Shown: positions 21,405-32,469 of the stretch, piece after piece
Numbering within the stretch: the first letter of the stretch is position 1
How the letters are laid out: each line of letters starts with the position of its first letter
Assembly: GCA_049999805.1 (NCBI GenBank)
Contig: JBNGIO010005431.1
Span: forward strand, 1-33,360
Direction: 5' to 3'
From: Folioceros fuciformis
Lineage: Eukaryota
Length of the DNA: 33,360 nt
Notes under the pieces: generated by a model
Seen by the model: only the letters and a program-made list of their open reading frames with translations
What the model was told of the DNA's origin: nothing
The model's database searches: none
Program-made: the position numbers and the translations under genes

Positions 21405-24400
21405 CTAATATTGTGGAAGTCGGGAGTCAGATAGGAAGGTGGGAGCAAGAGAATCCAGGGTGTGGTCTTTCAGTCCCGCGTCCCTATGCTGGTTGCAGAT
21501 CCATGCAATGTGTCCCTCCTTGCTCTCCGTCCTCCTGTACCGCACCTGGTGCAGCTTGAACTTTTCTGCTATGTCGATTCCCTTAAGCAAATTGGGAAGC
21601 GCGGTGCTATCGGCCAGAGTGGACGAGGCGTCCAAGTCCCCGTCACCCATCACGTCGTTAGCCACCTCCTCCACCACCAGACCCCCGACGGTCAGCCCCA
21701 AGGCCTCCGGCAAGTTAGAAAAGTCCGGTATCGCGTTCCCGACCCCTGCGCCGACGTGGGCTGCCACGCGCACCAAAATCGTCAGCAGCTTCAACGTGGG
21801 GCGGAAAAAGCGCTCCACGTCACGGGCCAGCTGATCGCGGAGGGTGATCTCCACGCCCGGCGCCCCGGGAACCACGTGAGGACGTTCCCGATGCTCACAC
21901 ATGAAGTTGAGGATCACCAGTTCGTGCTTCCCAGGCAAGAGCTTGGCGATAAGCCTTTTCCGGTAGCTCTTGTCAGGTTCGGTGAGGAAGAGGAGGCGGG
22001 GATACTCGCGCTGTTTCGCCTCCAAGGCGAAACCCAGGATATCGTCCAGCCGAGGCATGATCTGGCGCAGCACGTCAGACTGCATGGCCTGAAGGTCGTC
22101 CAGACTGCGCCGAATGGAATCCAAGGAGTCCATCTTTTGGCCGAAGGATTCGAACTCGGTGACTACCCGGCGCAACAGATTCGCCAACTCGGGCGAATGG
22201 TCGGTCGGGTGGGGCGCCAGCTCCGCGGTGGCCACGCTCTGCAGGGCTTGTAGCGGGCGGTCCAGCAGCGCGTTCTTGGCGTCCAGCAGGCCCAACAGGT
22301 TCACCACAGGCTCCATTTTGGGGCTCAAGTGGCCTGCTACGTCCACCGACCAGCTGTGCTGGAAGCTCGGCTGCTGCGACCGTTGCAGTCGCTCCTTGAG
22401 CGTCTCCACGCGCTCGGCCTGGCGATGGCGGCACAGCGTCAGCTCCCTCACGCAGTCGGAGCGGATCACCGCTTCCACCAGGTTCACTCCTTGGCACCCC
22501 ATTTGCGAGGCGCAGAATTCGCGTATCACATTCACCACTTTCTCCTGCACGATTCGGAGCGTCTCCTCCTGCGAGAAGTGCCGAGGGGAACGCACCAGCA
22601 CGTCCACGAAGTAGCCAATGCTGCCGCTGTGCTCCACCAGGATGTCGATACCGTCGTCGCACACCGTGATGAGGTTGAGCTGGATGGAGTACTGCTTGCT
22701 GAGGTATCGCTGTCGGAGCATCACCTAGAGAGGAGGTAGGGTAGGGACCGTGAGTCCGAGCAGCTGGTGCAAGCCACAAGAAGAAATGCATGCATGCATG
22801 CAAGAACGGGGGGGAAAGGAGAAGGAAGACCGTGAGGAAGGAGATGACGGAAATGAAAGCGGCGCTCACCTGGAGCCTGGGAAAGAAGCCTGGAGTGAGG
22901 AAGGTGCGGTCGCGTTCGTCGCATTCGAGCCGCCGGCCGAGGAAGGAGAAGGCGGTGGCGGAGGAGGAGGGGTAGCCGGCGTCGGGCCAGTGGAGCTGTC
23001 TTTCGCCTTTGGCGGCCTCGGCTTTGGTGGCAGCGTCGTCCAGGATGGCGGGGATGAAGAAGCCAGCGTGGTGGCTTCCTGGCTCTACTTCGTAGCATAG
23101 TTCGATCTTTAGCATGAGCTCGATGAGGTCCTCGACTTTCACCAGCGGATCTGCGGGCAGCCAGGCCTGGAAGCAGTCCGGGGAGGGCCTGCGGTTGCAG
23201 CTGGGGATGCTCCCCATCAGGAGCCGGTGCAGCTGATCTTTCGTCATGAAGCCGGCTTCGCAGGAGCTGGTGAGCCGCTTAGAGGCGCCGATCTCGATGA
23301 GATATCCGAGGATGCCGTGACAGAACCAGTGCGGATTCACAACTACGAAGTCCAACTCCTCGAAGTAGATGATCTCACCCACATTGTGGAGGTAGGAGGC
23401 AACGGCTTTGCGGCGCGTGTCCATGGTTTCCAGGGACAGACCCACCATGTCCTTCAGGCTCTTGGCCCGCTTGCACAGAGAGAAGAAGTCGTCGGAGGAC
23501 ATGGTAGGCCGGTTCGGGTGCTCCGAGATCCAGTCTTGCACCAGGAGCCGCACCTGGTCGCAGGCCATCGGAACCAGCTTGTCCCTGACCAAGGACCGCA
23601 ACTTCTCGAACGCATGACTGAGGACGGGTTCGACTTCCTGGTACGAGGTGGCGTTCACGGTGTGGATTCTGGTATCCACATCCACGAAGCCCTTGAAGTC
23701 GTTCCCCAGCCGCCTGATGCCGGTCGTCCAGTCTATCAGACTCAGATCGCCGCCATCCCGGTAGGCCCTGTCCCAATTGGTGATGACTACGATGACCTTG
23801 GGAGTTTCCGTTGCCGATGATCTTCTGGAGGTGGAGGCGATGAACTTGAGCCAGTATTGCAGCTCCTGCTTCAGCGCCTTGGTCTCCTTCTTCTTCTCCA
23901 CATCGGAATCCATTGCGTTGAAGACGAAGATGAATACGCAGGCGGTGTGGACGTCCGGAAACATGCAATCCTGCAACGAGTGGAACTCCTCCTGTCCGGC
24001 AAGATCCCACACAGTTACCCGTAGGTCATCCGCGTAGTCCTTCAGGACCTCTATCTCAATGCCCCTGGTCCGCTGTGATTTCTCATTCCCGTCGAACATG
24101 CTTCTGCAAGAGTCGAGCTGCTTGGTGAGACGCTCCTGGAGGATAAGGTACTTGTTTGCCAGGAACTCGCTGTGCAAAGCAGATTTTAGCGAGATCTTCC
24201 TCTCTGCCCGCATCATTGACGTCCTCAAGGATGTCTTTCCTGGTACAACAGATCCAAAGGTTGTTCAACCTTAAGATTCTCAACAGTACCAGTGCAAATG
24301 TTTAGGAAAGTCTCACCGGACTACATGTTATTACGACTTGCAGAATCAAGCAAGGAAGGGAGAGGAGAGGAAAGGAATCTCGCCTGCACGAGGGTAGCCG

Positions 24401-25623
24401 CAGAGGAAAATGCGAGCGGACTTGGGCCTCTCCTGATCCAGCGCTTTCAGCACGGCCACATACTGGTGTCCATTCATGCGTAGCTTTTCTCTGACGGCCT
24501 CAGCCTTGCCAGAAGAATGCAAGTCCGTGCCTTCCAACTCGATCCTCTTGAGGCACGTGTTGGAATCCAGCAGGGTGATGAGAGAGTAGTACACATTGTC
24601 ACCTCCAACTGTGCTGCACCCATTCAAGTTGAGTATCTGAAGGGTGGAGTTGTCCTTCAGCGCATTGAAGACTTGGATCCACTCTCGTCGGGAAAGATCA
24701 AAGCCGGCAAGGCTGAGCAACTCGAGCGAGCTTGTACCTTGCAGCACGTCAGCCACTGCCTGACCACACCCTCTCACAGACTCCCATGTAGCAATGTGCA
24801 GCTTCTTGAGACAGAAGCTCTTGCTGCCGCCTGTTCTTGAATCCGGTAATCCGGGTCGAACCTCCCTGAAAGCTTCTAACAAAGCCGTGACTCCTGCACT
24901 ACCCAAGCCGTTGTATGACAGATTCAACTCCTCCAGCCTGAGGCACGAATTCCAGGACAAGGCAGCGGCAAGGACGCCTGCTCCTCTCCTTGTTACCCCA
25001 GTTCTGGACATGTGCAGGGACTTGAGGGGCATGTCTTGCAGAGCCTCGGCCATGAGCGCGGCTCCTTCATCACCCAGCCCCTCGTTGTCACTCACATTCA
25101 ACGACTCTAGCGAAGCATCCCGCTGGCGGAGGACCTTGGCGATCCTTTCAAATCCTTGGGAATCCATACCTGTTCCTCTCAGCTCCAACCATTTGAGTGA
25201 ACGGTTTTCGGTGAGCATATCTGCCACTTGCTCACATCCTTGGAGACAGCCGAACTCCGAGACCTTGAACACAGCCAGGCGATCCATCACCCTATTAGGT
25301 TTGAGCGCCTGACATAGCTCTGCGACCTCGGTTGCAGTCATCTCCAGGTGATGCAGAAAAACCTTGCTGAGCGACTCACTTCCACCTATGGCTCTCATCA
25401 CCCTCAGCCTGAGCGCCGTGGTCACACTGTTGCTAGGATCCGGCTCCCCCCACACCCGTTCTCTGAGATCTAATTTGTCGGTAAGCCCTTTGAGTGTGCT
25501 GCCTTCCAGCTGCGTCAGCAGCTTTCTCAAAGACATGTCGGTGTCCCCATCCAGATCCTGCGAGCCCGACGATCTCGCAACTCTGCTAGACCCGCCAACA
25601 CTCCTGGATCCGTCCTCCGCCAT
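21405..25623 (-). CDS. TORNADO1-like Roco protein (RI-type LRRs, Roc GTPase, COR, C-terminal domain), ~1309 aa, 3 exons
   Basis: Exons 25623-24384, 24239-22870 and 22724-21405 (3930 nt); intron 1 is GC-AG, intron 2 GT-AG. LRRs such as LESLNVSDNEGLGDEGAALMAEAL. P-loop CGYPRAGKTS, switch I RTRGI, G3 WDLAGQEEF. COR-like YLHNVGEIIYF..VVVNPHWFC and TPGFFPRLQV. TRN1-type end IAEKFKLHQVRY..IAWICNQH. Orthology to TRN1 is not established. Confidence 0.9.
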
Positions 25624-25961
25624 GGCCCCCAAAAATGTCTCCAAAATCTCCTCCTACACACGAGAATGTGTGTCTCTCAGCAGACGCGGCCGGGCGGAGC
25701 GTCCGAGATCACAAATCCAACACAAGAAAGAAGGTGGATGGCCTGCTGCCTCACTGGTGAGACCCATGTCTCAGCAGGTGACAGTGTAGAGGCCTGTAGG
25801 GCGGTTGCCAAGGCCCAGGCTTGGCGAGGTCAGGCAGATAATGTGTCTCCCGTCGGACAGGGCGACGACAGGAAGCGAGAACTGGGCAGTGGGCGCCTCT
25901 CTAGTATGCGAACACTGGCTGGAGAGAAGAAATTACGCTACAGTACAGTAGCTGGCATGAT

Positions 25962-25998
25962 GCCCTGCCCTGCCCTGCCCTGCCCGGCCCCGCCCGGG
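25962..25998. repeat. (CCCTG)n pentamer microsatellite
   Basis: GCCCTGCCCTGCCCTGCCCTGCCCGGCCCCGCCC. Confidence 0.85.
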
Positions 25999-26162
25999 CC
26001 GCCTCCTCTGACTGATGAGAGGCCAGCGTACTGAACACACAAACACAGCCGGAGCCCCGTCCACAGCCGGAGCCCCTGTAGGCCATTGGACCATTTGAGT
26101 TACGGATTGGGTGTCCCTGGGAGGAGTGACAGTAAAACCCTTGGCTTCACTATCCATCATCA

Positions 26163-26225
26163 GGCTGGGGCTGGGGCTGGGGCTGGGGCTGGGGCTGGGG
26201 CTGGGCCTTGGCCTGGGCCTGGGCC
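26163..26225. repeat. (CTGGGG)n hexamer microsatellite
   Basis: Six perfect CTGGGG units followed by degenerate CTGGGC units. Confidence 0.92.
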
Positions 26226-26821
26226 TTGAACGTCTGTCTGTTCTCACGATGCTGATAACGGTCCATGTACACACACATACTGCCCACATTACGGACGTAC
26301 ATATGGTACATGCAGGGCCCAAGGCCAAGAGACCACAACTTCCAAGGAAGGAAGCTCCAAAGGGCTAGCCTAGCCTGGACAAAGGTAAAGGCAAGATGCA
26401 GAGGAAGGACAAAAGGCGCCTTCAGTACTCCAGGACGAACTATAACCATTCGTTTCGTCCTTTTTCTTTTTTTTTGTTTTATCTTGTCATCCGTATGATA
26501 TGGAGTTCCTTGACTCCACTGGACTGGACTGCCGACATTACTCGATTCCTCACAGTCTCGTGTGTGTTGCTCTCTCAGTGGCGTGCCTCCCGAGACCTAG
26601 GTCCCTTGTCACCTTCCTTGCCTTCGCCCTTCCGCACTCTCCATATCTCTCTCGGACGCAACTTCAACAAACCATACAGTACGCATATTGGCACGTGCAC
26701 ACTGACCGGCATGCCCGGCAAACTACCTCCCCCCCGTAGCACATTTTCCCCTCACCACGCCATGCCTGCAGAGCTGCAGGTTGCTGGCACTGGGAGGGCG
26801 GCGCGGTCCCAAACTGCGCCG

Positions 26822-26928
26822 TGTGCCCTGCCCTGCGCTGCGCTGTGTGCCCTGCCCTGCGCTGCGCTGTGTNNNNNNNNNNCCCTGCCCTGCGCTGCGC
26901 TGTGTGCCCTGCCCTGCGCTGCGCTGTG
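26822..26928. repeat. 24-bp GC-rich tandem repeat (copy number unresolved, 10-N gap)
   Basis: Unit TGTGCCCTGCCCTGCGCTGCGCTG at 26822 and 26846, and again after the gap. Confidence 0.9.
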
Positions 26929-26939
26929 TTACGTAGATA

Positions 26940-27535
26940 ACAACAAGAGTGCCCGCTAACGGGGATTCCACACTTCTCATCAGGAATCCAAGTTTTTCAG
27001 GTTTAGGGTTTAGAGCAAATGAGGAGGTCTGGATAGATGATGCCCATCTATGCTTGGCAAACTTATTGAGCAATGAAAATAAAGTTTAAAAAAGATATGA
27101 GAACCCTAAATCTTAAACCCTAAATACATAATAAGAGTGCCTGCTAATGGGGATTTCACACTTCTCATCACGAATCCAAGTTTTCAGGTTTAGGGTTCAG
27201 AGCAATTTAGGGTTCACAGCAAATGAGGAGGTCTGGATAGCTGATGCTCATCTATGCTTTGCAAACTTATTGAGCACTGAGAACACGAGAGGGTTTAGGG
27301 TTTAGGTAAACTCTAAGCACACGAGAACTCTAAACCCTAAATACATAATAAGAGNNNNNNNNNNNNNNNNNNNNNNNNNNNNNNNNNNNNNNNNNNNNNN
27401 NNNNNNNNNNNNNNNNNNNNNNNNNNNNNNNNNNNNNNNNNNNNNNNNNNNNNNGGTGGAACCCATCTATGCTTTGCAAACTTATTAAGCAATGAAAATA
27501 AAGTTTGAAAAAGACACAAGAACCCTAAATCCTAA
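26940..27535. repeat. ~188-217-bp tandem repeat containing telomere-type TTTAGGG/CCCTAAA motifs (at least 3 copies, gap inside)
   Basis: AAGAGTGCC..GGGGATT.CACACTTCTCATCA.GAATCCAAG starts at 26945 and 27133, and a third unit begins at ~27350. CATCTATGCTT.GCAAACTTATT.AGCA occurs three times. Confidence 0.88.
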
Positions 27536-28698
27536 AATAACAAACTATTATACCTCATTACAATGTACTTGCTACTTGATTTAGTCTTTCATGATGTATA
27601 TCTTTTCGACCTAGAGACCCTCGAGGTTTGTAATGCAAATGGTTGCTACATAATTCACCATCATGAACATATATCAATGATGGAATTCATTAATTATTGA
27701 ATATATTATAATATTATCACGGAAGTCATATGGTTATGCCCATATACTCAAGGTTTAATACTTATGTGTAAATCTAACAAAATTTGCTTGCAAACAAGGA
27801 TTTGGATGAAGATACCTCTACTCAAAGTATAACATCACTATAGCTGAACCCGTCAAATTTGCGTGATCACATCTTTATTTTAGCTTGCAATAAATCATGC
27901 TTTCATCTTCTTTGAGTTGTGATGATAAATTTATCATTTTAAAAATTTAATGTGTAATTCTTCACCAATTCCATTTATTTGCAAATGGAGATTCTCTAAC
28001 AATGGCTGTAAAAGCAGCCTCGACTGACGCACCAAAAGCAAGTTTTAGTCACATATGAAGTTTTCTATGATTTTATTAGATAATAATATATATACAAGTC
28101 CATTAAATATTGATATGTATATTTGTAAAATTATACAATAAATTTTTCTCAAAATATTAGTCAAGTTATACATGTTTATTGAAAATGCATGTGTCATCGA
28201 CATGTAGTACAAATACATGTGATGTTTGCAAATACATGTGGTGTAAATACCAAAACACCCTTAACTTGACTGCTTGGGTACACCCTTGATTGTACTTGCT
28301 TTGGTATTATGGATCTCACAAGGATTGGTAATGCATTCAATCCATATATGCATGCCATGAATGCATATAGCAATCTCCCTCAACCTGCTCCAAAGCAATG
28401 AATGTTAGATCAATTTATATTAGATTATTATATTTAATACAAACTAAGACTTAATCGATTTGAATGCGGGACCTTCACTTGGTATCTCCATCAAAGAGCA
28501 TGGCTTTCAAAGGGGTTTTTTACAAGGCCCTGCAAAAGTTGAGTTGGCTCGTTTGTCTTAGTAGTGACCTGAAGGTGGCAACCCAGGCAACGACTAAGGA
28601 TATTGACGAGGTCGGGCAAAGCCTACGGCCCAGTCTGATGAATGTGAATCAAGGGCATTTTACTATCAAACGGAATGAGAGATTTCGGCCAATAATGT

Positions 28699-30628
28699 TT
28701 ATGCTGCTGGCTTAGGAGCTTCCGCAGGCTTAGGAGCTTCTGCAGGCTTAGGAGCTTCTGCAGGCTTAGGAGCTTCGGCAGGCTTTGGTGCTTCTGCAGG
28801 CTTAGGAGCTTCGGCAGGCTTTGGTGCTTCTGCAGGCTTTGGTGCTTCTGCAGGTTTAGAAGGTGCTGGAGGGGCTGGTGCAGGTGCAGCGGGAGCAGGA
28901 GCTGGTGCAGGAGGCTTGGGAGCTTCAGGTGGCATGGCATCTGCGGGCTTCGGTGCATCAGCAGGCTTAGGTGGGGCGGCTGGTGCAGGTGCAGCGGGAG
29001 CTGCTGGCTTAGGTGCGTCGGCTGGTTTGGGCGCGTCGGCAGGTTTGGGTGCGTCGGCAGGTTTGGGTGCGTCGGCTGGCTTAGGGGCATTACCTGCAGG
29101 TTTAGGAGGAGGATTAGCGGCGGCGGGTTTAGGATCATCACCTGCTGCCTTCGCGGCGCCGTCTGCTGGTTTGGCACCATCGCCTGGCTTCTTGTCACCG
29201 CCGCCGGCCGCTCCTGCACCAACTGCACCACCACCGGCAGCAGCGCCGGCGGGCTCGCCTGCTTTCGCCTTTTTCTCGGCGTCAGTGTCAGTCTGAGCAT
29301 CCTTGCCCTCTGGCTTCTCCACTTTCTGGGGATTATTTTTCAACAAAAATGCAGCCAAATACTCGAGAGGGTTGTCTGGTCTGTTCGTGTGATAGCAACC
29401 AGGAACATGCTCAACCCACCGGTTAAGTCCGTTTCCATCATGCTAGAAAGCGCATTTGTGACATTCATGCTCAAGGTTGCTTCAGGTGCACTTCAGGACA
29501 GGAATCTGCAATCGAAAGACGTACCTTTCCAAGACGAGATGTTGCAAACCCTGCAGTAAAATCGGCACCACAGATTTCTCCTGATGACACAGGCAAAAAC
29601 AAGTTGTAAGCTGCAAGCACCTTCTGAGACTTGTGAAACCGTAACAGTGCAGTCTCATGCCACAGAAGTCTGTACCTGAAGCAAACCCATACCAGATATT
29701 GCCGAACAGGTAAAGCCTTGAGCTCAATCCTGTGCTGCAGTTCCAAAGCCATCTTTTGGGCATTTTGTCCCTGGCATAGATGCAAATCCATATTAATCTG
29801 GACGTAACCCGAGATGTTGGCACACCATAGTCCTTGTTCAAATGCAGGATCCGTGTCCATGATAGACAATCCCCGTGTCCATTAAAGCAAAGCAAAAGAA
29901 GGGCTGATCTTCCATCTGTCCTAATGGAGATGTTTCAAAATCCTATGATCGGTTGCCTTGTTCAACACCTATCTATAACAGGATTGTCCCTCCCACTCGG
30001 AGACAGTGCAAGTACCTCAGCTGGGTTGTCAAACCATAATTCGGTAAACGTTGGAACTGGAACTGGTGGTGGAGCCTCTCCAGGAGGCGCACCAGGTGCC
30101 GCTACATCATACAAAGCCGCCAGTCAGCTGAAGAAGAAAAACCCAGCTTTCTCTTCATTCGACGGTTTGACATGGCCAGGTTCTCAGGACAATACATTGG
30201 AGGAAATGTTCTTGTCAATGGATTGGATGTGTAGAAACCCCCTTACTGGCCTTTTCTCATCTTGGGTGGTGCATTGTTGCAACAAACAACAGGGGCACCG
30301 AGACCATACGAGAACCTTGTAGAGTGCTCAAATCCCACACGTCAAACCGCTGGGATGTGCAAAATGTGCATTTGCTAAACCGTCCCCTAGAATGCGATGC
30401 ACGATGCCGAAACTGCAGTATATCCCCCATTCTCCTAAACATGCAATTTCTGAGGCAAACCGCAACAAATCAAGAGATCTAACCAGGGGCTCCCGGCGCT
30501 CTTGAGGCTCCTGGCGCTGCTGGCGATGCTCCAGCCGCAGGAAGTGCTCCGGGAGCAGCTGGCTTCGCTGCTGCTGGTGCAGGTGCTGCCGCCGCCGCAG
30601 GGGCTGGGACAGGTTTTGCTGCCGCCAT
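28699..30628 (-). CDS. Dpy-30 motif protein with Pro/Ala/Lys-rich N- and C-terminal arms, 348 aa, 5 exons
   Basis: Exons 30628-30484, 30101-30016, 29770-29693, 29580-29525 and 29380-28699; all GT-AG and phase-compatible (1047 nt). The core [48 protein letters not shown] matches the Dpy-30/Sdc1 dimerisation motif. The tail consists of PKPA(D/E)A repeats. Confidence 0.88.
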
Positions 30629-30796
30629 GTTTCAACAATCTCTACAAAAACCTATGTCTCTGCCACACGTAACAGATCAACACGCACCAGAGCGAGAAGC
30701 ATCAACTGCCTGTACCGCGTCACACACTTCCCACATGCAAACTTAACATGAAGATTCCTTCCACACCGATTTCTGCCCGGTCTTCCAACGTATGGC

Positions 30797-31270
30797 ACCG
30801 ACCTGGGGTAACTCCAATCTGATCCACCGGCATCACCAAAATCATGCGCAAATTTGCTGTCATGCGAGTGGAGCCAGTTGTGCGAGAATCATGTCCTTCC
30901 AAACACTAACCGTTGCGCGGCAACACATGCGATGCGCTAAATCCTCTACGGCAAGAATGCGATGCCATGAGGAGCGCTCGCGACGGTCGCTTCGCACGCA
31001 CACCCTTTCGGTCTGGTAAACTTTCTGTCCTTCAAACGGAAGGGTAAAAATTCGTGGTAACTCTTGGGGTTAATTCGATCGTCTCAACAGGTGGACGCAG
31101 CGGCTGACGACGCGTGCTCAACCAGGTGGCGAGCTTCTCGAGCTCCAGTGCGGATGAGCGCAGAGCGCGGTGCTGGCAGATTCAAGGCGCGTCGGAGGGA
31201 ATGCGCTAGTCACCATCTGCCACCTCTCCATGGTCAGATGCATCCCTCATCTGCTCAAGTGTCAGTATAA
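30797..31270 (+). promoter_or_regulatory. Candidate stress/ABA cis-elements and TATA box upstream of the LEA gene
   Basis: DRE/CRT core ACCGAC (30797-30802), CE3-like ACGCGTG (31110-31116) and TATAA (31266-31270). These motifs are short and could occur by chance. Confidence 0.35.
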
Positions 31271-31469
31271 GGCTCCTCCTCTCCGTTGGCTGGTGCATCA
31301 CTCCTACATCTCAATCAGCAGGCGCCTTCGCTAGTTGCAAGTGTTTCCACTGTCCGGCTTTGATTCTTTTGCTACCAGAGCGAGCAGGCAGAGGATTGCA
31401 AGAAAGATTTCTGAGAAGTGAATTCACTTTTCTTCTTGTTTCTGCTGAGAGCCCTTCTTGTGTGAAACC

Positions 31470-32469
31470 ATGGCATCGTACCAGGACAAGCCTGAGCAGG
31501 CAGTGGAGGACGTGAAGGGAGCCGCAGTGGAGGGGATGGACAAGGCTGCTGACGCCACGCAGCAGGTGGTTGATTCCACTGCGCAAGCTAAGGATGAGGC
31601 TGCAGGAAAGACCAGTGAGAGCGCCAATACTCTGCAGGTATCACGCTGCGGAGATGCAATGATGAGAGGCGGTGTCTTCTTGTGTTCGTGCACAGAGTTT
31701 AGATCGGAAGACACAGGATTGATGTTGTCGTGATGGCAGGGTAAGGTCGGGGAATACACCGATGCTGCGCGCCAGAAACTCGAGGATCTGAAGCTCGGAG
31801 CGCAGGGCCAGTACAACAAGGTGACAGGCACTGTGCAGGACAGGGCAACCAAGACCTGGGACGGAACGACGGAGAAGTGAGCATACAAATTTGGATTTGG
31901 CATAATGTGATTGTATGTTTCACGCAGCCTCCTGATTTACATGTCACTGCACGATTGTCGTTGTTGTTTGCAGGGTTGGACAGGCGAGAGATGCAACGAC
32001 CAACACCGCTGCTGGTGTCAGAGACAGCACTTACGATGCTGTTAACAATGCGAAGGACGTTGTGTTGGAGAAATTTGAGCAGGCTAAGGGAGCCGTCACT
32101 AACGGTGTGAATGCTGCCAAAGATGCTGCTGGCAACACCTACACGAGCTCCACGGACACTGCCGACAATGCTTACACCGCAACCAAAGACAAGACTGTAG
32201 AGACCTACAATGCCGCCAAGGACACTGTGACCAATGCAGTCGGATCAGGACAGCAAAAGGCTGGCGACAGCGAGGCGGTGACTCAAGACAAGGCGAAGGA
32301 GGTTGGAAGCGAAGTGGGTAACAAGTCGCAGGAGAGTGCCCAGGCTCTGTCCGATCAGGCCTCGGATCGGACGCAGGAAAGCAAAGGCATCTTGGCTGCT
32401 GTAGGGGAGAAGGTGAGTCAAGGCTATCAGTCCGTGAAGGAAGCAGTGGTTGGTAAGAGCTCCAGTTAG
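31470..32469 (+). CDS. Late embryogenesis abundant (group 3 / LEA_4-like) hydrophilin, 266 aa, 3 exons
   Basis: Exons 31470-31637, 31740-31876 and 31974-32469 (801 nt, GT-AG). Begins MASYQDK; rich in A/T/K/D/E/Q; has roughly 11-mer amphipathic repeats such as YTATKDKTVET and YNAAKDTVTNA. Confidence 0.85.

Noticed and set aside
21439..25789. Many long plus-strand and alternative-frame ORFs over the TRN1-like gene, including the last ~260 aa of the 717-aa ORF
   Set aside because: High GC suppresses stop codons. The 717-aa ORF reads through intron 2 into a wrong frame after GFFPRLQ.
25933..27073. ORFs with (PS)n, (LG)n, (QP)n and CALPCAAL repeats
   Set aside because: They are translations of microsatellites, with no splice-consistent gene model or domain.
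26990..27340. True telomere or chromosome-fusion site
   Set aside because: Only one or two TTTAGGG units occur at a time, embedded in a longer repeat unit; there is no telomeric tract.
27540..28460. AT-rich tract inspected for a transposase or helicase remnant
   Set aside because: I found no recognisable protein motif by eye, so it is left unannotated.
28699..29358. Extensin/arabinogalactan or standalone Pro-rich protein call for the 219-aa ORF
   Set aside because: No signal peptide or SPPPP motif. It is the last exon of the Dpy-30 gene and starts within the motif.
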